Assembly (NCBI GenBank): GCA_017996055.1 | Contig: JAGOHT010000001.1 | Span: 1-42,754 of the forward strand | Origin: Alphaproteobacteria bacterium | GTDB taxonomy: Bacteria; Pseudomonadota; Alphaproteobacteria; UBA9219; RFNS01 | Direction: 5' to 3' | DNA length: 42,754 nt | In this document: positions 1-9,253 of the stretch, piece by piece | How positions within the stretch are numbered: position 1 is the stretch's first letter | How the letters are laid out: every line of letters begins with the position of its first letter | The notes under the pieces: model-generated | The model's input: only the letters and a program-made list of their open reading frames with translations | What the model was told of the DNA's origin: nothing | Database searches by the model: none | Made by a program: the position numbers and the translations under genes

Positions 1-2
1 TG

Positions 3-1076
3 GTCGATTATGACCTCAACAAAGGCAAGTTGACGGCGGCGGCGGCGGCGCAACGTTTGGAAGGGCTTCGTTTTGCCTGGCGCGGCGATCCTCTGGAATG
101 GGAGATTCTCCGTCGGCTTGGGCTCTATTATTTTCAGGCCAAAAAATATCGCGACGGGTTTGTCAATCTTGAACGGGCGCGTAAGCTTTACCCGAACCAG
201 CCCGGCAATGCCGTTTTGGCACAAAAACTCTCCGATATGTTTCATGATTTGTTTGCGACCGAAGTTGGTGCGGCGATGACACCGCTGGAAGCGCTCTCGC
301 TCTATCAGGATTATCGCTATCTGGTGACCGATATTGCGGTGGCGAGGCCGATTATGCGCGCGCTAACCGAGCGCCTCGTCGCGATTGATTTGCTAGAACA
401 GGCGGCGCAGCTGCTGCAAGATTTATTGCTGGGTGCGGACGGCGAAGAAAAAGGGCGTCTTGGTGCGCGCCTCGCGGGCATCAATCTACTCGACCGGCAG
501 CCAGCAAAGGCGTTGACAGCGTTGGACGGCAGCCAGGGTGAGAGCTACCCCGCCGATTTGCAGCAGGAACGGCTGTTGCTGCGGGCGCGGGCGCTGATTG
601 AACAAGGGCAGGGCGATGCTGCAAAAGCGTTGCTGGTAGCGCAGAATGATGTGGCAGGACAGATGCTGCTGGCGGATCTTGCCTGGCGTGCCGGACAGTG
701 GGGTGAGGCGGCGGTGGCGCTGCGTGGAGCTCTTGGGGCACCACCAGCAGAAGGCGCTTTGCCGTCTGACAAAGCACAAATCGCGGTGCGTGCGGCGACG
801 GCCTATGCACTGGCTGCGGATCAAAATGGCCTTGATAATTTGAGCAAGGAATTCGGCAACGCTATGCTTCCAACAGCGCAGAACGCGCTCTTCACTGTGC
901 TGACGGAAGGGCAGGACACCAGCTCGCTACGGGAAATGGCAACAAAAATCGGTCAGAGCAACGACAATGACATGTTCCAAAGGTTCCTGGAACGCTACCG
1001 GACGCCGACGCTTATGACAGTGCCCGTCGAGGCCAAAACCTCGACAGAAAGAGAGCCGGTCAAGCCAGCGCCGTAA
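3..1076 (+). CDS. 5'-truncated TPR/alpha-helical repeat protein of unknown function (C-terminal part only)
   Basis: The reading frame is open from the window edge (no stop between nt 3 and 30) to the stop at 1076. The protein is Leu/Ala-rich and helical-repeat-like (LGLYYFQAKKYRDGFVNLERARKLYPNQPG). Codon usage is typical for the window. Confidence 0.5.
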   Translation, partial: VDYDLNKGKLTAAAAAQRLEGLRFAWRGDPLEWEILRRLGLYYFQAKKYRDGFVNLERARKLYPNQPGNAVLAQKLSDMFHDLFATEVGAAMTPLEALSLYQDYRYLVTDIAVARPIMRALTERLVAIDLLEQAAQLLQDLLLGADGEEKGRLGARLAGINLLDRQPAKALTALDGSQGESYPADLQQERLLLRARALIEQGQGDAAKALLVAQNDVAGQMLLADLAWRAGQWGEAAVALRGALGAPPAEGALPSDKAQIAVRAATAYALAADQNGLDNLSKEFGNAMLPTAQNALFTVLTEGQDTSSLREMATKIGQSNDNDMFQRFLERYRTPTLMTVPVEAKTSTEREPVKPAP

Positions 1077-1908
1077 TGCTGTGATGTTGTTCACCAAGGC
1101 CGCTGCCACCAAGCACGACTCTATCGCCGACGGCAAGGTAACGAGGCGGCTTCATGCCGTGGCCGACTCCGGCTGGTGTGCCCGATGCGATGATATCACC
1201 TGGCTCAAGTGTCATGAACTCGCTGCAATAGGCGACTAGGTCGAAGACGCCCACGCTCATCTGCGCGGTTGAACCATCCTGCATTCGTACGCCATTGACT
1301 TCCGTCCACAAGCTGAGTGCCTGTGGGTTGGGCACGGCATCGGCGGTTAAAAGCCAGGGTCCGATGGGGCAGAAACCTGCCGCGCTCTTCCCCTTTGTGT
1401 GCTGCTGGCCGCCACGTTCGATTTGAAAAGCGCGTTCCGAAACATCATTAAGCAGGCAGTAACCAGCAATCACGCTGGCCGCATCCGGTGCTGCGATATT
1501 GACCGCCGTGCGGCCAATGACGACGCCGAGTTCAACTTCCCAATCGAGTTTGCTGCCGCCGCGCGGCATCGGAATCGGGTCATCAGCACCGGAGAGTGCT
1601 GACGTGGCTTTGAGGAACAGGTTCGGTTCGGTCGTAGGGCGTGCGCCGGTTTCCACGGCATGGAGCTGGTAATTGAGGGCAATGCCGATGACTTTTCCGA
1701 CGCCGCTGATGCAGGGGCCGTAGCGCATGGGTTCCGTAACCAGAGGCAACAGGGACTCGTCGCGCTGGCATAGTTCCGCGAGAAGCTCAGGCGCCAGCGC
1801 AGTGCCGCGCCAGTCGCTGACCCAGGGGCGGGCATCGCGCAGATTGCCTGCCTTATCGAGCAGTCCTGGCATCTCCGCACCGACCGTGCCATATCGTACC
1901 AACCGCAT
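1060..1908 (-). CDS. Fumarylacetoacetate hydrolase (FAH) family protein (2-keto-4-pentenoate hydratase / oxaloacetate decarboxylase-like)
   Basis: 282 aa. The N-terminus MRLVRYG...PGLL and the core GIALNY..H..E, DWEVELGVVIG, LLNDVSER and PGDIIASGTPAGVG match the FAH-fold pattern. It converges on the previous gene with a 17 nt overlap. Confidence 0.8.
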   Translation of the reverse strand: MRLVRYGTVGAEMPGLLDKAGNLRDARPWVSDWRGTALAPELLAELCQRDESLLPLVTEPMRYGPCISGVGKVIGIALNYQLHAVETGARPTTEPNLFLKATSALSGADDPIPMPRGGSKLDWEVELGVVIGRTAVNIAAPDAASVIAGYCLLNDVSERAFQIERGGQQHTKGKSAAGFCPIGPWLLTADAVPNPQALSLWTEVNGVRMQDGSTAQMSVGVFDLVAYCSEFMTLEPGDIIASGTPAGVGHGMKPPRYLAVGDRVVLGGSGLGEQHHSITALA

Positions 1909-2155
1909 CGTTCACCCAAAGTTTTTATTGTGGAACCAGTATAGGGGAAGAAACCGACCATTTTAAGTGCTCGTGTGACACGCCTTGCGAAAAACCGTCA
2001 AAAAGCGCTAACATTGGCCTCGCTTAAGCGTTCGGCTCCGGCTAGTTTCCTGGCCACCGCACACCGGTGGTGTCGTTACCGTAAGCAGAAGCCGTAAGGC
2101 CGTCGACTACCCAATGCCAAAATATTGAGCAGGCCAATAGATAGAAGGTTCATCC

Positions 2156-3091
2156 TTGATTATCAGTTGCGGCGAAGCGTTGTTTGACTTTTTGCCGGCC
2201 GGTTTCGGTACGGAGCTTGGCTATTTGCCGCGCGCTGGCGGCGCGCCCTTTAATCTTGCCGTCGCCTTGGCGCGCCTGGCCGTGCCCAGCGGCTATCTTG
2301 GCTGCATCGCCGAGGATCCTTTCGGCGATATGCTCGTGACGACATTGCATGATAATCGCGTGTCTGACCGATATGTGGTGCGTCGTAAGGCGCCGACGAC
2401 CTTGGCGTTTGTCAATCTAGTGGCCTTGGGTAGTCCTGAATTCGCATTTTACAATCAGGGGGCAGCCGATACGCTGTTGCTGCCGAGCGATCTGCCAGCG
2501 CAGTTCGACGACGATATTTGCGCGCTCGCCTTCGGTTCTTATGCGCTGGCGGCGGAGCCGGTGGGGAGTACCTTGCTGGGGCTGATGCAGCGCGAGGTAG
2601 GGAAACGCTGCCTGGTGCTCGACCCCAATGTCCGCCTTCATGTCCAACCGGATCGGGCGGCTTATCGCAGCCGTCTGGAAGCCGCTGTGCGCTGTGCGGA
2701 TCTGGTCAAATGCAGTCGCCGTGATATTGCCACCCTCTATCCTGACGAAACGTATGAGCGCGTGGCGCAACGCTGGCTGGCGCTGGGCGCGAAACTGGTA
2801 ATCGTGACCTTGAAAGAGCAGGGGGCGGCGCTGTTCCGTGCCGATGGGCTAACGCTGAATGAGCCGGGCATGAGCGTTACGGTGGTGGATGCGATTGGTG
2901 CGGGCGATAGTTTTCTTGCGGCGTTGCTGGCCTTGTTGCAGCGGCAAAATGCGTTGAGAGGCGAAGCCTTGCTGCAGTTGAGCGCCGCGGCCTTGCAGGA
3001 GGCGCTGCACTATGCCAACCGAGCCGCCGCCATTGCCTGCAGCCGCTCTGGCGGAACGGACCCACCCGCCCTACTTGATTTGGTAGGGTAG
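2156..3091 (+). CDS. PfkB-family carbohydrate kinase (fructokinase-like)
   Basis: 311 aa with a TTG start preceded by GAAGG. It has an N-terminal IISCGEALFDFLP and a C-terminal VVDAIGAGDSF plus ANRAAAIACSRSGG, the PfkB signatures. Confidence 0.8.
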   Translation: MIISCGEALFDFLPAGFGTELGYLPRAGGAPFNLAVALARLAVPSGYLGCIAEDPFGDMLVTTLHDNRVSDRYVVRRKAPTTLAFVNLVALGSPEFAFYNQGAADTLLLPSDLPAQFDDDICALAFGSYALAAEPVGSTLLGLMQREVGKRCLVLDPNVRLHVQPDRAAYRSRLEAAVRCADLVKCSRRDIATLYPDETYERVAQRWLALGAKLVIVTLKEQGAALFRADGLTLNEPGMSVTVVDAIGAGDSFLAALLALLQRQNALRGEALLQLSAAALQEALHYANRAAAIACSRSGGTDPPALLDLVG

Positions 3092-3185
3092 TTCCGACTC
3101 GCAGAAAAACATAGGCAAATCAAGGCTGCTTTGCCAAACTGCGCGGCATGTGCAGCGTATTCGGCGCACGGAAAATAGGCGAGTA

Positions 3186-6113
3186 ATGTTTCGGAATTTA
3201 TTGATAGCGGTCGGGCTTTTTATCGGTATTGCGGTTCTGGCCATTTATCTGGCGCAGCGGTCGGAAGAGCCGGTTTTAAAAGTAGGGCGGACATCTGCCC
3301 CCGTCACCGAGAGTCCGATTTTGCTGACACCAGCGGGTGATTTCCTACCGCGCCGCACACTGCCCAGCGTCACGCTGCAAACGGATTTGCCGAGCGTGAC
3401 CCTGCGTTATTATCACGTGCAAGACCCAGATCTGCTGCTGCGACTCTATCGCGGCACGACCCAGGAGACACTGAGCGACGTTGCGCTCGCGCGGTTGCTC
3501 AGCGAATCAACGACACCGCAAACGACAGTGACGCAGACGCTCAAGAACGGCGCGCTGACGCTTGACTGGCAGAATCCATTGCCACTTGGTGCTGTGCCGG
3601 GGCTATATGTGGTGACCGTGGCGAAGGACCTCGCTGGCCCGGCGCTGGCGGCGACCTGGTTTCTCCGTACGGACTTGCTAGTGACGGCAGCCGAAGATCG
3701 GCAACAATGGCAGATTGTCAGCCAGCATCTGGTCTCAGGTAAACCCGTTTCTGGGGTTGTTCTGCAATGGCACGGAGTTGGGACACACCCATTGCTGGTT
3801 GAAACCAAGAGCGCTCAGGATGGTTTGGCGACACTTGCCAAAGAGAAGCTGCCACCCAACGCCGTACCACAGCTGCTGGTCGGAAATGATGGCCAGGGGA
3901 GTTTGGCCTTCGTGCCCCTCCGGACAGTGCGGATCCCTGGCGATGATAGCGGGGCCACGCGACATTTTCTCTTCACCGACCAAAACCATTACCAGAGCGG
4001 TCAGGTGGTCAATGGCTGGGCTTTTGGTTTGGCCGAGAAGCCTGAAACGGTTAAGATGACCCTGCTGCGTCCCGATGGGCTAGCCCTGGAAGAAAAACCG
4101 CTGCAGGGTCCCGCCGGCACGGTCGGTTGGCAGAGTTTTACCCTGCCCAATCCCGCGCTGCCTGGGGAATGGAAAATGGCTGCCTATGGCGCGGATGGGG
4201 TCCGGCATGAGGTGAGCTTCCAAGTTGGGGTGCCGCCTGTGCCGCAATGGCAAAGCCACCTTAAGCTGCTTGGCCGTGATGGGCAGAAACTCACCCTCGC
4301 GCTTGCCTTGCAAGATAAGAGCGGTCGCGCACTGCTGGATCAACCAGTCAAGCTTGTCCTGCGCTGGCGGGCAACACGGCAGTTGCCGGACAAGGCGACG
4401 GATTTTACCTTCGGTGGCTATGATGCACCGGACTATCCGGAACAGGATCTGGCGGTTCTCGTCACGGGCGTGGCGATGACCGTAGGGGTCGTTTTGCCGC
4501 AACCACCGGAAACGCCCTTTCCGCTTGAGGCGGTTCTGCGCTTGGTGATGGCTGAGCCAGGGCGCGGCGGTGATGTTCAGCCGCTTGCGGTGCCTTTTGC
4601 AACGCAGCCCTTTGCTTTGGGACTGAAGGCGCTTTTTGCCACGGATCCGTTGCGCGGCAATAGTAAAGCCGAGTTCCGTATTGGTTTGTTTCATACGGTG
4701 GCGGGGGGTGAATCCGCTGTGCCGGATCTGCGTTATGAGCTTTTGACCGAGCGCCGCAGCTATCGCTGGTATTTTGCCGATGGGGTCTGGGATTATAAAT
4801 CCGATACCGCGACCGTCCCGGTCATGAGTGGCCAGGTTCGCCTCGATGAGAAAAATCGCGGGACGGTGAGCGTTCCAGTGCGGCGCGGTCAATACCGGCT
4901 CGATGTCTTTACGCCGGAGCGCAAATTACAGAGCAGTTGGCGGTTTCAGGTTGAAGCGACAACGCCGACCCCGCCCGCTGCCGCGCTCAGTGTCGCCTCC
5001 AGTCGTGATGAGCATGATGGGCTTTGGGTAACCCTGCCGTCGCTGTCGATGCCGAGCGGGATGTTGGCGCTTGATGACCAGCTGCGCGCGGTGCGTGCCC
5101 GTCCTGCCGCGGCAAGTGGTGCGACCGCGCTCGCAGCTGCTTTGCCGAATGGCGGCTATGTGCTGGGCTGGGCACCTTTGGCCTTGCCGGATGGGCTGTG
5201 GCGGCTTGCCCATGGTCTGACCTGGGTCACGCCGCGGCCGGCGCTTGAGGCTAGCGATGTTACGCTGACGCCGCAGTCGGTGCTGCGCGCCGGGACGAAG
5301 GCCACCTTTGTGGTGCGCGTGCCCAAGGCAAAAGACAAAAAGCGCATGGCACAGCTGGTTGCCGTGCCCCTGTCTCAGAACGAGAGTCTCCCATCGCTGC
5401 TGAACCCGATGATTCAACCGCGTTCGCTGCAGCTAAATCTTGCCGCCAATATTCTGACTGACTGGCCACAAGAACCCGTCGCGCAAAAACCACCCACCGA
5501 CACGGCGCGCGGCGACGGCTCGGTTAGTACGGCCGTCAGCGTGCCTGAAGATGGCCGCTTTGATCTTGAATTGGGACTACCGCAGGATGCGCCGCGTGTC
5601 GCTGTGCATCTTCTTCTGTGGGATTCGGAGTCGATTGGCACGAGCCAGCAAAACTTCGTTCTGCAGCCGAGCGAAGTGAAACCTATCATCGCCGTAGCAT
5701 CCGAGCCGATGCCCGTGCTGAACAACACGGGGCGATGGGCGTGTCTGCCAGCGCTCAAGCCTGGTCAGAGTTTGTCGCCCAATCTCTCATCGGGCGCGAC
5801 CACGGTCTTGGCGCCTTTCGCCGTGCCGGATCTTCCCGGACTCGTGGCGCAGCTTTATGCGGCGGAGACGACACGCAGCGATGTGCTGGCGCGCAGTCTT
5901 CTGGCCGCGAAGGCCTATGAGCCCTATGTTGCCCTCAAGGGCAATTCAGCGGGGCAACGCAAGGCCTGGCAACGGCGCATTGCAGAGGTGTTGTTGGAGC
6001 GGCAGCGCGGCGATGGCGGTATCTCCCTCACAGCCGATGGCGAGAGCGACCTGACAGCCTCGGCCTTTACATTGTTGGCGTGGCATTTATTCCCCGCCGA
6101 TTGCAGTCGCTGA
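3186..6113 (+). CDS. Alpha-2-macroglobulin-like large envelope protein, N-terminal and middle part (frame-disrupted gene or the first of two genes)
   Basis: Start chosen at the ATG of MFRNLLIAVGLFIGIAVLAIYL, a single N-terminal TM helix. The track start at 3150 is a GTG. The long beta-rich body has MG-domain-like segments (WFLRTDLLVT; HFLFTDQNHYQSGQVVNGWAF). The C-terminal segment LLERQRGDGGISLTADGESDLTASAFTLLAW looks like the alpha/alpha-toroid (TED) repeat. Confidence 0.6.
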   Translation: MFRNLLIAVGLFIGIAVLAIYLAQRSEEPVLKVGRTSAPVTESPILLTPAGDFLPRRTLPSVTLQTDLPSVTLRYYHVQDPDLLLRLYRGTTQETLSDVALARLLSESTTPQTTVTQTLKNGALTLDWQNPLPLGAVPGLYVVTVAKDLAGPALAATWFLRTDLLVTAAEDRQQWQIVSQHLVSGKPVSGVVLQWHGVGTHPLLVETKSAQDGLATLAKEKLPPNAVPQLLVGNDGQGSLAFVPLRTVRIPGDDSGATRHFLFTDQNHYQSGQVVNGWAFGLAEKPETVKMTLLRPDGLALEEKPLQGPAGTVGWQSFTLPNPALPGEWKMAAYGADGVRHEVSFQVGVPPVPQWQSHLKLLGRDGQKLTLALALQDKSGRALLDQPVKLVLRWRATRQLPDKATDFTFGGYDAPDYPEQDLAVLVTGVAMTVGVVLPQPPETPFPLEAVLRLVMAEPGRGGDVQPLAVPFATQPFALGLKALFATDPLRGNSKAEFRIGLFHTVAGGESAVPDLRYELLTERRSYRWYFADGVWDYKSDTATVPVMSGQVRLDEKNRGTVSVPVRRGQYRLDVFTPERKLQSSWRFQVEATTPTPPAAALSVASSRDEHDGLWVTLPSLSMPSGMLALDDQLRAVRARPAAASGATALAAALPNGGYVLGWAPLALPDGLWRLAHGLTWVTPRPALEASDVTLTPQSVLRAGTKATFVVRVPKAKDKKRMAQLVAVPLSQNESLPSLLNPMIQPRSLQLNLAANILTDWPQEPVAQKPPTDTARGDGSVSTAVSVPEDGRFDLELGLPQDAPRVAVHLLLWDSESIGTSQQNFVLQPSEVKPIIAVASEPMPVLNNTGRWACLPALKPGQSLSPNLSSGATTVLAPFAVPDLPGLVAQLYAAETTRSDVLARSLLAAKAYEPYVALKGNSAGQRKAWQRRIAEVLLERQRGDGGISLTADGESDLTASAFTLLAWHLFPADCSR

Positions 6114-7141
6114 CACGTGAGAATGGACTGCTCGATTTTCTGCAGCATCGTTTGGATCGCGCCTGGGGTGCGGAGACCGAACTTTATCCGCGCAGTGACG
6201 CCTTCTATGCGCTGAGCGCGCGCGGTAAAATCAATCCGGCGACTTTGCGCTATTTTGTTGAGAAATATGGCAATACCATTCGTCACGGCGTATTTGAAGC
6301 GGAACTGGCGGCGGCCTTACTAAGCATCGGGGATAAAGAGCTGAGCCACAGCTATGCGGAGCGGGCGCTGGCGCAGTTGCCGTCCTTGCGCGCCACGCAA
6401 CCGCAGACAGCTTTGCAAATATTAGAAATACTGACCTTGCATGATCTCGCGCCGCCACAAGAGTTAGTCAGCAAGATTCCCGAGATGGCACAGCTCAGTC
6501 CGGTTGCGGCGACTTTGGCTGCTGTGACCGGTGCGCAGCTCTGGCCTGCGCTGGCGCAACGCTTGCCAAACTGGCAGTTGAGCTTTGGCGGACAGACTCT
6601 GGCGGAGACGGGGTTAGCCTTCCGAGTTGCCGAGCCGAAATTGATGGCAAAAATGAACAACGCTGGTACAACCTCTCTTTTCATCTGTTCGGATCATAGC
6701 GCTGCTGCTGCCATGGCGACTGTGCCGTATACTGAATCGAAATTGCAGCGGACCTTCTACAGTATGAATGGTCAGTCCTTACGGGGTGATCGGTTGATGG
6801 CAGGCGGCAGTTATGTGCTGGTTCTGAGTGTGCCGGATGTGAGCGCCGGACCGGCCGAGTTTGTGCTGCCGATGCCGTCTTGGCTGAAACTGCGCGCGGT
6901 TGTTCCTGGGGGGCAGGTCATGGGGTCGATTGCCTGGCTCAAGCAACTCGATGACGTTGTGGCGCAACGCTTGACGTCGCATGGGCTCATTCTGGCGCTG
7001 TCACGGCCAACGGCGGGGCCGGTGCGCGTGGCGTTGCTGGTCACGGTGTCTGGAAAGGGCAAAATCAACTGGCCCGCAGCACGGCTGGCGCAATTCAACG
7101 TCACGCATGACGGCGCGCCGCAGAGCTTGGTGATACAATAA
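6080..7141 (+). CDS. Alpha-2-macroglobulin-like protein, C-terminal part (continues the previous ORF in another frame)
   Basis: 353 aa ORF that overlaps the previous ORF by 34 nt in a different frame and has only a GTG start without a ribosome-binding site. The helical repeats continue (YALSARGKINPATLRYF), followed by a beta-rich terminal domain (GSYVLVLSVPDVSAGPAEFVLPMPSWLK). Confidence 0.55.
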   Translation: MAFIPRRLQSLTRENGLLDFLQHRLDRAWGAETELYPRSDAFYALSARGKINPATLRYFVEKYGNTIRHGVFEAELAAALLSIGDKELSHSYAERALAQLPSLRATQPQTALQILEILTLHDLAPPQELVSKIPEMAQLSPVAATLAAVTGAQLWPALAQRLPNWQLSFGGQTLAETGLAFRVAEPKLMAKMNNAGTTSLFICSDHSAAAAMATVPYTESKLQRTFYSMNGQSLRGDRLMAGGSYVLVLSVPDVSAGPAEFVLPMPSWLKLRAVVPGGQVMGSIAWLKQLDDVVAQRLTSHGLILALSRPTAGPVRVALLVTVSGKGKINWPAARLAQFNVTHDGAPQSLVIQ

Positions 7142-7151
7142 TTGCTGTCGC

Positions 7152-7721
7152 TTATTCGCCGGAGAGGGCAATCCAGGTTGCTTCACGGCCTTTGGCTGCG
7201 ACGGTTGCGCGCACTTTGACGCGCTGGCCGCTTTCAAGGTCATTGATATTGGCCCGCCGCAAGAGGCTCTTATGGACAAAGATGTCCTTGTCGCCATCAT
7301 CGGCAGCGACAAAGCCGAAGCCTTTATCGGGTTTGAACCATTTGACGGTGCCCGTGACTTCCACTTCGGGACCCGTCACAACCGGAGCGTCATAAGACTG
7401 TCGCTGATGCGTGTCATATGATGGCCGTTGGTTATAATGATTGTCCTGACGGGCATAAGACTGGCTCTCGCCGCCGCTATTGCCTGATCCTTCGCTCAGC
7501 ACATCAAGGATGCGTGTGACCTGACGGCCTTTGGCCCCTGGTGCGATAAGGCAGGAGAGCACAGCGCCATCACCGATCTGTTGCATTCCGGCGCGGTTCA
7601 GCACCGAGATATGCAGGAAGGCGTCGCCATTGCCATCTTCGGGTGCCACAAAGCCAAAACCCTTCGAGACATTGAACCACTTGACCGAAACCTTCGCCTG
7701 TGTGCCTTCGTCGGCAGACAT
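7152..7721 (-). CDS. Cold-shock protein with two tandem cold-shock domains
   Basis: Two CSD cores are present: KWFNVSKGFGFVAPEDGNGDAFLHISVL and KWFKPDKGFGFVAADDGDKDIFVHKSLL. They are joined by a Q/S/Y-rich linker. Start placed at the ATG of MSADEG, because the longer track ORF begins at a TTG. Confidence 0.85.
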   Translation of the reverse strand: MSADEGTQAKVSVKWFNVSKGFGFVAPEDGNGDAFLHISVLNRAGMQQIGDGAVLSCLIAPGAKGRQVTRILDVLSEGSGNSGGESQSYARQDNHYNQRPSYDTHQRQSYDAPVVTGPEVEVTGTVKWFKPDKGFGFVAADDGDKDIFVHKSLLRRANINDLESGQRVKVRATVAAKGREATWIALSGE

Positions 7722-8073
7722 GGCTTGACTGGGGGGGACAAATCGCGACAAGGTAGCTTCCCTCAATAAGTGCGCCAGAACCGATCGCCCGTAGGTGATG
7801 CGTCAACCGAGACTATATCTGCTGCGGGGCACAATCAAGCAGGGTTACGGGTAGGCAGAGGTTGTCGGGCATATTCTGTAGTCTGGCTCAAGAAAGCATC
7901 AAGAAGCCATGCTTAGCAATTTTTTGGAGCGAAGCTAGACATATCATTGGGTTGGCGTTTGTTCTTCTAGCACAACACAGAATGTGGTCTAGGATTTCAA
8001 GACATTTTTAGCCATCTTGGCGCATAGTTTTCACTGGAGCCTGGTGGTCTAACCGCCTGTATCGTTAGAGGAA

Positions 8074-8637
8074 ATGTTGCGGCAGTCGTATTTTCTTGCA
8101 GTTTTAGCCTTCTGTATCGTGCCGGTCACTGCGGTGGCGGAGGAGGGCGCTGCTGCGTCATCACCTATCGCCAACTGGCAGACGCTTGAGCAGTTCTTGC
8201 AGCAACCCGTGACGCAGACAGCACCGGTTGTGGTGGAAATGCCTGCTGGCCCCCTGTTGCCCTCGCTTGGGGCTGAGCATACAACAGCGCCGATCTTAAC
8301 GCCGGTTGAGATGAAGCCTGTCGAGTTTGCAGCTCTGCCGCCGCTTTTCGAACGGCCAAAGCCGACACCTCCGTTGGCGGCGAAAAAATTGGCGTCAGAG
8401 AAGAAGATTCTGCCGCAACTGCTTGCAACGGTTGAGAAACCGCAAGCGCCAGCAAAGACTGAGGCCTGTGCGCCGCCAGAAATGACCAAGCGTGCCAAGA
8501 ATTATGCCAGCGACAGTGCGACGCTTGAGGCCTTGCAACAGGCGGTCAAGGAGCTGAAGCTGGATGAGCGGCTGGATTTTATGCAGCCGCCGAAAACAAG
8601 TACGCCGCCAACGGGGGCGGCGGCGGCGACACATTAA
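8074..8637 (+). CDS. Hypothetical secreted Pro/Ala-rich protein
   Basis: AGAGGA lies 5 nt upstream of the ATG. The N-terminus has a signal-peptide-like segment (MLRQSYFLAVLAFCIVPVTAVAEE). I recognised no family motif. Confidence 0.5.
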   Translation: MLRQSYFLAVLAFCIVPVTAVAEEGAAASSPIANWQTLEQFLQQPVTQTAPVVVEMPAGPLLPSLGAEHTTAPILTPVEMKPVEFAALPPLFERPKPTPPLAAKKLASEKKILPQLLATVEKPQAPAKTEACAPPEMTKRAKNYASDSATLEALQQAVKELKLDERLDFMQPPKTSTPPTGAAAATH

Positions 8638-8645
8638 AGCAGCGA

Positions 8646-9005
8646 TTACGCCGTGATAGGGCTCGGAATTGTCGTCGTGTCGGGAGCTGCGTCCGCCTCA
8701 GCGTCCGCATCCTTGGTATAGCCATCCCGTGTTAACCCGGCGCGCAGATATGCGACCGCGGCAAAAGTCGGCGACTGCGACTCAACCTGACCTTTGCTGT
8801 CCAAGAACTGCAAAATAACGCCAGCGCGCGGGTCTACCGTGATGAGCGGGGAGGTTGGTGCAGCATTCTGCGCGGCGGCTGCAGCCTTGGCGTCAGCCTG
8901 CACGGCTACATTCTCCACCTTTGATGGCTTAGCGGCAGGCGCAGCAGCATCCGCCCGGCCAACTGCCGGGTAACCTGCTGTAACATTGCGCACTTCGCTT
9001 AGCAT
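8646..9005 (-). CDS. Hypothetical small protein with a weak FlaG-like C-terminal pattern
   Basis: 119 aa with GGAAG upstream of the ATG. The N-terminal half is Ala-rich and low in complexity. The segment ITVDPRAGVILQFLDSKGQVESQSPTFAAVAYLR loosely resembles the FlaG-family core (D..G.v...vD..G.v..Q.P). Confidence 0.4.
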   Translation of the reverse strand: MLSEVRNVTAGYPAVGRADAAAPAAKPSKVENVAVQADAKAAAAAQNAAPTSPLITVDPRAGVILQFLDSKGQVESQSPTFAAVAYLRAGLTRDGYTKDADAEADAAPDTTTIPSPITA

Positions 9006-9253
9006 GACGTTCGGCTTCCTATCGCCTGTGTTTGATTTTTGGAGGTAGAACCCATCTCTACCAGCCTACCTAATACAACTTACAGCCATAATGACTCTGT
9101 AGTCGTTAGCAAATGGTTACTGCGACGAAATATATCTTCCAAGCTAAAATCATGATTTTTATAGAAAATTCCTATAATTCGGTTCATAGCGCCTTGCCAA
9201 CCGGCATAAAACACCGCAAATTTACTGCCCATCTGCTTTTCCACAGGTTTCTC

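Noticed and set aside
2020-2110. Structured-looking stretch in the FAH/kinase intergenic region. It contains the palindrome CGCTTAAGCG, the hairpin CCACCG-CACAC-CGGTGG and a CCGTAAG direct repeat. I considered it as an SRP RNA or other ncRNA.
   Set aside because: It lacks the conserved SRP domain IV sequence (GGUCC-GGAA-GGAAGCAGCC context). I recognised no tRNA or riboswitch signature. It may simply be operator or attenuator sequence, and there is not enough evidence to call an RNA gene.
6080-6113. Possibility of programmed ribosomal frameshifting at the A2M-like junction
   Set aside because: There is no slippery heptamer of the X-XXY-YYZ type and no obvious downstream stimulatory hairpin. 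A simple indel, real or from sequencing, in a short homopolymer run is more parsimonious.
9113-9253. 47-codon N-terminal extension of pepN in the ORF track. Similar extensions occur at gmd (19942-20037), GT4 (22446-22583), tlpA-like (30138-30248), ccsA (32020-32232) and wzm (13489-13539).
   Set aside because: The extensions have atypical composition, would create long overlaps with upstream genes, or precede an internal ATG with an RBS, signal peptide or canonical N-terminus. The shorter starts were adopted.
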